Source: Psammoneis japonica (taxonomy: Eukaryota). From it: DNA of 64,000 nt. Shown one piece after another: positions 57,634 through 64,000 of the stretch; the first letter of the stretch is position 1; each line of letters begins with the position of its first letter. Location of the stretch: NCBI GenBank assembly GCA_008632985.1, contig QPGO01000007.1, positions 496,001 to 560,000 on the forward strand, in the 5' to 3' direction. Below the pieces are notes generated by a model. It worked only from the letters and a program-made list of their open reading frames with translations. It had not been told where the DNA came from and ran no database searches. Position numbers and translations under genes: made by a program.

Positions 57634-59070
57634 ATGAACAAGATGACGGATCCTGATATGAGATTCCGCAACCTAAACGACTATGAGTCCATGTTGGCAT
57701 CATCGACCTGTATCATAGCTTTGAAACTCTCTGTTACTTGCAGCGAAGGTGCTGCCGCTGTTTCCGAGTTGCTCAGACAGGCGTGGGCACGCAGCGTGCA
57801 AGAACGATGCATGCTGCAGGTGCGACTTGTGGAACGACAAGACGACACTGGACCACTGGGATGTAGATATGCAGTTGCGCCGATAGAAAAGCATAAAGAA
57901 GAAGATTTGTTTGTTGTTCGTCATGTCTCCAGTGACGCTTGCGCCGCTGACGTTGTTCGAGACTTGCAGCGACTGGGAACGTCAGCTCTGGACATTTCAA
58001 AAGGATCTTACCACGTCGATTGTGAGGTCAGTAGCAGTGACAATGAACCAGAGTTACAGATCCGAGTAATCATGTCTTTGTGTCACGCGCTCAGTGATGG
58101 ACCGGGGGCGCTGCAAGTGGCACGATCGTTTCTGCAACACCTCGGAAATGTTCTCGACAACGAGCGAGGTTCTGGTAACAACACGTCGAAAGCGAGGAGC
58201 GATTTACAGTTTCAGCCTCTTTTGGATCTTCAATCTATGCTTCTGGGACAGGACTATGGCGCTGGTCAAGAGCAACAATCTGTATTTCGTGGTCAAGAGG
58301 AATACTGCAATGCGTCTCAAGCAAACGATATTTCCAATACACTTGCACCAGAAGCACTTCAGGCAATTCCCTCCGATGCTGCCACTAGTACCACTACTGG
58401 GGTTATTGATTGCCTACATTTTACTCTCTCCTCAGAAGAAACGTCTAGATTGCGAACGGTCTGTCGAAAACACGGGACAACCGTCCAGGGGATCTTGACG
58501 GCTGCAGCACTGTTCACTCGAGCAACATTGCTTGACTTGTGGAGCAAGAGTAATGGCCCTGTCTTTGCGGCAGCCCAGACACCTGTCAATACGCAGTCTC
58601 TTGTAAAGTCAAAATCACCAGTGGACGATAGTCATTGCCTATGTGGATCCGCAGGTGTCTGGCATTCAGTACAAATTGAACCTGACGAGAAGGCTCTCTG
58701 GACTTGTGCAAAGGACTCCTCAGATGCAGTTCGTACCGCGATCCAACAAGACCAGCCGCGGGAGTGGCTACGACGACTGTTTCACGCTCCATCAACACTT
58801 TCTCCCTACTCCTTGATGGTCTCCTCCATTGGTGTTGCTCCGGTTGACGAGACGTACGGTCGTTCCCTCTCTGTCGACAAACTCTTCTTTTTCGGTGGAT
58901 CGCTACACAGCTCTGTCCATGCCAAGGCTACCATGGTGCATGCTGTAACGTTCCGTAACGAGATGACGTGCATGATCAACTTTACGTCGCCCGGGGTTGC
59001 AAGGAGTTTCGCTGCAGATACCGCTAAACACATGAAAGCGACTCTTCTTTCCATCATGGAAGACTGCTAA
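57634..59070 (+). CDS. CoA-dependent acyltransferase / condensation-domain-like protein (alcohol acetyltransferase / PapA5-like fold)
   Basis: HxxxDG motif CHALSDG, CRKHGTTVQGILTAA, TPVN; intact 478-aa ORF. Confidence 0.75.
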   Translation: MNKMTDPDMRFRNLNDYESMLASSTCIIALKLSVTCSEGAAAVSELLRQAWARSVQERCMLQVRLVERQDDTGPLGCRYAVAPIEKHKEEDLFVVRHVSSDACAADVVRDLQRLGTSALDISKGSYHVDCEVSSSDNEPELQIRVIMSLCHALSDGPGALQVARSFLQHLGNVLDNERGSGNNTSKARSDLQFQPLLDLQSMLLGQDYGAGQEQQSVFRGQEEYCNASQANDISNTLAPEALQAIPSDAATSTTTGVIDCLHFTLSSEETSRLRTVCRKHGTTVQGILTAAALFTRATLLDLWSKSNGPVFAAAQTPVNTQSLVKSKSPVDDSHCLCGSAGVWHSVQIEPDEKALWTCAKDSSDAVRTAIQQDQPREWLRRLFHAPSTLSPYSLMVSSIGVAPVDETYGRSLSVDKLFFFGGSLHSSVHAKATMVHAVTFRNEMTCMINFTSPGVARSFAADTAKHMKATLLSIMEDC

Positions 59071-59428
59071 CTTTAGCTTTTCAAGAAAAAGGAAGAAGGC
59101 TGATCTACGAAAAGCTACCGTAGTGCATGCATATCTGGACAACTCTGGTTGAATCCGAACCATATCGAGTGCTTTCGGACGGTGCGGTGCATTTTCGTGC
59201 GACGGGGCAAGAATCCAACGGACCTTCGACACTAATTAGAAATCGATAACCTTCCTTTTCTTCCTTGACCTACGGCAACCCTTTCTACATAGAATAGAGG
59301 CATTTGAATCAAACACAGTCTACTTGTTTTTCTTTTGAACCTCATTCAATCACTTGATTTTCCTTGACCTGAATCCAATCACCAGCAACATTATTCAACG
59401 CGATTCTAGTTATCGCATAAACACGAAA

Positions 59429-60130
59429 TTACCCTTTCTTTCTAGCCAAAAGAACAACCGTTGTCCATGCGTTTGCATCCTCGGCACCAGGCACGGCCAA
59501 GAGCGCCGCCTCTCGCGTAATGAAACGATGTTCCAAAATGTCAAATCCAGCGCTTTCGACACTGTCAAAAATAAATTGCCTCGTCTTTTGTTCATGTCCA
59601 TGGGCATGCTGGTGGTGGTGTTGATGACCGTGATGATGATTAGGATGCTGTGCATGCTGATGGCTGTGGTCATGTGAGTGGCACCCAAATTTCTGCTCAC
59701 AGCTCGCTGCTTTTGCCATGTGTTTTTGTTCATGTGGCTTTTTCTTCCAGAGACCTTGGAAGCAAGATGGACTTGGATTCCCACAACAAAATGATCAGCC
59801 TCGGTGCAGGTTGGGAGTGTGTCATCTGTCCTGATGCAGAAAGTTGGGCATGCTGGATGTCAGTTGGGCAAGGACAATGACATTGGGCATGGCCAGATTG
59901 CATCTCAAGTGACAAGGACCAAAATGGCAGAGAATAATGGAATCCCTCTCTTCTTTTCAATTTGTGGTGATGTAAACAGTTAGTTATGTTTGCAGGTTCG
60001 TCGAAAGGTTCTTCAAAGCAGGACCCATGGTGGTGACTTTCTCAACAAAGCTCTGACGTTGCAAGGAGCTCCAGAAAGGCCAATCCTTCAACATGCCGAA
60101 CACAGGCTCAAAGTTCTGTTGGCTCATGTG
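59429..60130 (-). pseudogene. Fragmented coding remnant with a His-rich segment
   Basis: ORF 59429-59719 (HSHDHSHQHAQHPNHHHGHQHHHQHAHGH...VVLLARKKG); upstream frames broken; locally low TpA and CpG. Confidence 0.35.
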
Positions 60131-60379
60131 CAGAAGCAATTTCTGCAGCAGTATTCTGAAAACTAGAGAAGAGAGAGGAATTATCCTGAACGCTGAATGC
60201 CGAGAAGAAAGATTCTTTTGATATGAACTCTACAAGTAGAGAGCAGAAACGTTGAAAGGTGTCAGATGCTTTCGTTAGGCTCTTCTCTCTTCGCCCTATT
60301 AGAGTGTTGTGTAAAGCCAGAAGCTAGCTCTAAAGAGAGAGGAGCAGGCAACGATAGCTAGATCAATTCTTCTAGCGCG

Positions 60380-63300
60380 CTACGCATCCGCCCTGCAACG
60401 CCGAAAACAGGTTAGCCACAACTTAGCACTGCATGCTCTCCACCTTTTGTGAACTCGAACAAAGCGCTCCAGACTCGAGGGAATATCAGGAATGTCTTGC
60501 TTCCCCCGGTGCACTTCGACACACTGGATCAGCTTGTCTTTCAATGAAAGTGCCTCCCAATCTGATCGGTCTTGTCGTCCACCTTTGAGGCGCTCAATGA
60601 GGTCTGGCCACAGTATCTCCACCAAATAACATGCCGGGTCCTCCGTCCGAGACTTGCACCAAATGATCTCCTTTACAGCTGGTGCGAACTCATTATCGAC
60701 TTTTTCCATTTTCCAAAGATATGGCAGCACAACTAAGTTTCCCTTGCTCCAACGCATCATGAAGGTATTAAGCTCCATGACACAGTAATCACTCTCTCGA
60801 AACCCAGGTGACAGCAAAACCAAAGCATGCGAAGAACAGTGCGCAGGTTCCATTAGAGAACGCATCTTGTCATCACCAGTTTCCATGCTATCATCATCAA
60901 AGAAAGCGGTTAGACCCAATATTTCTGATAGGAACCAATGCGTAGGACGAGCAACAGTCTCTTTGGTGTCGACACCTCTATGCGACAAAAACACATACGG
61001 ATCGCCACCAAGGTTGTACTGCCAAACACTGCTTGGATTCGTCACCCCAGCCATTGACAACTCTCCAACATCTGTCTCGATACCATCCAACAGTGCTTGT
61101 GTGTACAAACTAGAGATGTTTCGTTCACCAGCAGTCATCGGCGAGACGTGATTGCCGTCGTGGCCGACTTCTTGAGCTCGATAAAAATGGGAAAGACGAC
61201 CTGTCATCTGATTCAGCAGCGCCTTGTGCATCGATGCCTTGCCGATCTTGTTGTAAATGGCTTCTCCCTTCGTACACACAACCCGAAAATCAACGTTTTT
61301 TCTGCACTTACGACAAAAATGCAAACTCATTCTACTGTTTGGATCTGTCACTTTCGACCATCCAAATACCTGAGAATCTTGTCCTCTACAAACACTAACA
61401 CAGCTATGACATGCGAGCACCGCGTCATACTGCAAACCTGCAAAGTGATCCGTCACTTCATCACTAACAAAGCTAACGGCACCATTCAATAGGCCCCAAG
61501 TTTCCTCCCCCAGCATGTCGTCATTCGGAGATCGTACCGAAAGCGCCAAGTACGGCTCGCCGCCGTCTATCTCAACGAGCTCGGACCGGATGCATCGATT
61601 CTTTTCGTCAAGCACAATCGCGCCATTCAGCCATGCACATACACAATTCCCATATGCATGGGTTGCAGCAGCAAAGTGTGCGGTGAGATTCGGAGGGCAG
61701 CCCCTGTACATTTTCATGCGCAACTCTCGCTGCTCTTGTCCATCTGGTACTCGCTCTGGCCACACATCCTCCCAACCTGACGGTTTATTTTTCTTTAAAC
61801 GGAAGAGGACCACGGGAAGAATATCAGTAGTGCCTCGGGAACTGGTGGTCTTCTTTGTAGAAGAGCTCGGATGAGGTGAAGAAGCGAATATGACGTCCGA
61901 TTCAAGAAGCATCTGCAAAATCATTTTGTAGTCTTCTCTGTCAATTTTTAAGTCACGCCACAAAAAGGGAAGAATCAGTGCGTCCAGCTCCCCGCTATGT
62001 GCCAGATCTGTCAGTCCCTCCATTATCTCTTGTCGTAGTCCAATTCTTTTACTCTCGCAATTATCGACGAAAGTCTCAATTTCCTTGCCAAACTCCGATG
62101 ATTCTATTCTTTCGAGCGTCAAAGTATGGTCTATGAGAGGTTTGATCCAGTCGGTTACAAAAGACGGTTCCAAATACGCCAGTCCAGCGTCAACAAAAAT
62201 GTCGCCCCGGGCTTCAAGAAGTCCTATTGCATCGCCACACGTAGCGTCATCAGACAGGGGGCGAAACCGATTCCATCTTGACACAAGCTCTGCAACTGAA
62301 CAGTAAGGTCTTTTTACAGATATATCCGTTTCGCCTTCTGTAGTCGTCTTCATATTCCCAATCTCACCTAATTGGATAGCATCATCCGAACTTGCTACGG
62401 AGAAAAGCACTTCCTCATCGGCATCTGCACTGCACTGAAGAACAGCGCCAAAGAGTTTCCACAGCTCTTGCCATGTCTTTGGGATAAGAGTACCGACACT
62501 TGACAACCTCGGCTCGACATGATCCTGTGTGTGCCAAAAGATGGTATTGCTCACCTCTTCCCTCGCGCGTGCAATGGCACTTTCACTGGTTACGGATGTT
62601 CCCAGAACATTGGGTAGGATCCGGAGCAGCGGCGGTTTCTTTTTCTTCATCGAGTCCTCTGGAATGACACGACCGTAACGAGTAACTTCCTCTCTTTCTC
62701 GATCAGCGGCGGCATCATGCCATGCTCGAAGCTGCCGTTGCACTCTCGTCTCGAGCCATTGCTTTCGCCCCCACTCGTCCGGCACAAGATCAACCTTAGA
62801 CAGGACAAGTTGCACCATGGCACCCGGTGCCCTTGCCTGCAGTAGCACAAGAAAGCGTTGCACCACTTCTTCATAGTAGTCTTCGTGTGCCTTATCTGCC
62901 GCCACGACAAGTAAAAAGAGTGACGACGCTGTCATGAATGGTGCCTGCCCGACAGCATAGTCCTGCTGACCGCCGCAGTCATAGACCATTAGCGTAATTG
63001 GACCATCGCTGTATCCTTCGGAATCATATATGGGCACATGTTCCACGTCGAGATAGATTGTCCGTTCCTCCTCACCCTGTGTGACTGCTGGGAAACGGCC
63101 GGCAATGGCATTCCGCAGGCTCGTCTTCCCTGCTTCCCCGCCCCCCACGAGAACTGTCTTGAGCTTCCTGGATGTGGTTGCTCCTTTATCCACGGCTTCA
63201 AGTAACGAGCAATCTCCTGGAGGCCTTGTTCGGCAATCTCGGACGGGGGTTCCAACAGTGGATTGCCACCCACATCTAATTTACACGTTCCTCTAGCTTG

Positions 63301-63899
63301 ACAAAGGAGCGTGGAAGTCTTGTAATGCCATTGTAGCTCACATCTAGGTAACGGAGATGATTCGCCATTGCATTTTTTTCTCTTGCTTTTCCAATGGCCG
63401 CGACACCCTCGTCTCCAATGGAATTGTCGTGGAGAATGAGAACCGTCAATGTTGTGTTTGTTTCCATCGATTTTCCAACAGCCTTGACACCCTCATCTCC
63501 AATGGAATTGCAACCGAGATGAAGCCCTTTCAGTGTTGTGTTCATTTCTAGTGCTCTTCCAATGGATTTGGCAGCCTCGCATCCAATGGAATTGTGGTAG
63601 AGAGAAAGCTCCGCCAACGCTTTGTTCATTTCTAGCGCTTTTCCAATGGCCACAGCACCCTCCTCTCCAATGGAGTTGAAGTCGAGAACAAGCTTCGTCA
63701 ATGTTGTATTTGTTTCTAGTACTTTTCCAATGGCCACGGCAGCCCCGTCTCCAATGTGCTTGCCGCCGAGATCAAGCTTCGTCAATGTTGGATCATTCTC
63801 TTGGAAGCGACGAATTTTCTCTTGCTCATCTTGTCGCAAAGTGCCGAAGCAAGCCGCTGACAGGTCGATGCTGCTGGAACAACTTGACGACTGCTCCAT
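60380..63899 (-). CDS. ROCO protein: RNI-type LRRs + Roc GTPase + COR + C-terminal TIR; two apparent 1-bp frameshifts (~63283 and ~63200)
   Basis: 28-aa LRRs (LTKLDLGGKHIGDGAAVAIGKVLETNTT); linker NPLLEPPSEIAEQGLQEIARY in a third frame; P-loop GGGEAGKTSL, YDCGGQQDY, VLSKVD; TIR VFLSHRGVD...LSPGF...YCVMELNTF. Confidence 0.85.
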
Positions 63900-64000
63900 T
63901 TTTTTTTTTGAAAATGAGACTTGTTTTCATGCAATCTCATCTTAGGCAAGCAGCGCCAGTATCTTTTTTGTTTCACTCGATTTTGCGCAAGGATGAGAGT

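Noticed and set aside
63190..63290. Programmed frameshifting in the ROCO gene (and the frameshifts at ~7240, ~14060-14200 and ~22740)
   Set aside because: Isolated 1-bp indels in several unrelated genes, some at homopolymers, are more simply assembly errors or recent pseudogenisation; reads are needed.

Overview
Eukaryotic genomic DNA with short GT-AG introns. It is probably a diatom, inferred from the CoDi-like Copia element and the gene families present. Islands of ordinary host genes alternate with repeat-rich blocks. Host genes: a UVR/coiled-coil protein, a Cys-loop ion channel, a subtilisin, a histidine phosphatase, a TIR protein, an HxxxDG acyltransferase and an LRR-Roc-COR-TIR ROCO gene. 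The repeat blocks (~8.05-13.55, ~16.05-20.56, ~23.3-48.87 and ~50.2-55.35 kb) hold a full-length Ty1/Copia, a full-length Ty3/Gypsy, a DDE transposase, nested TIR elements and decayed gene duplicates. The main signal is that TpA dinucleotides in these blocks have been almost completely converted to TpG or CpA (A>G on either strand), while neighbouring genes keep normal TpA. In-window pairs (LTR vs LTR, intact gene vs duplicate) give the direction and show that the change happened in integrated DNA. Tyr codons are nearly gone from the transposon ORFs (RT YxDD reads HVDD or CIDD). This looks like a RIP-like, TpA-targeted, domain-restricted hypermutation with polarity opposite to fungal RIP. I know of no description of it but cannot check the literature. 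All counts are by hand.
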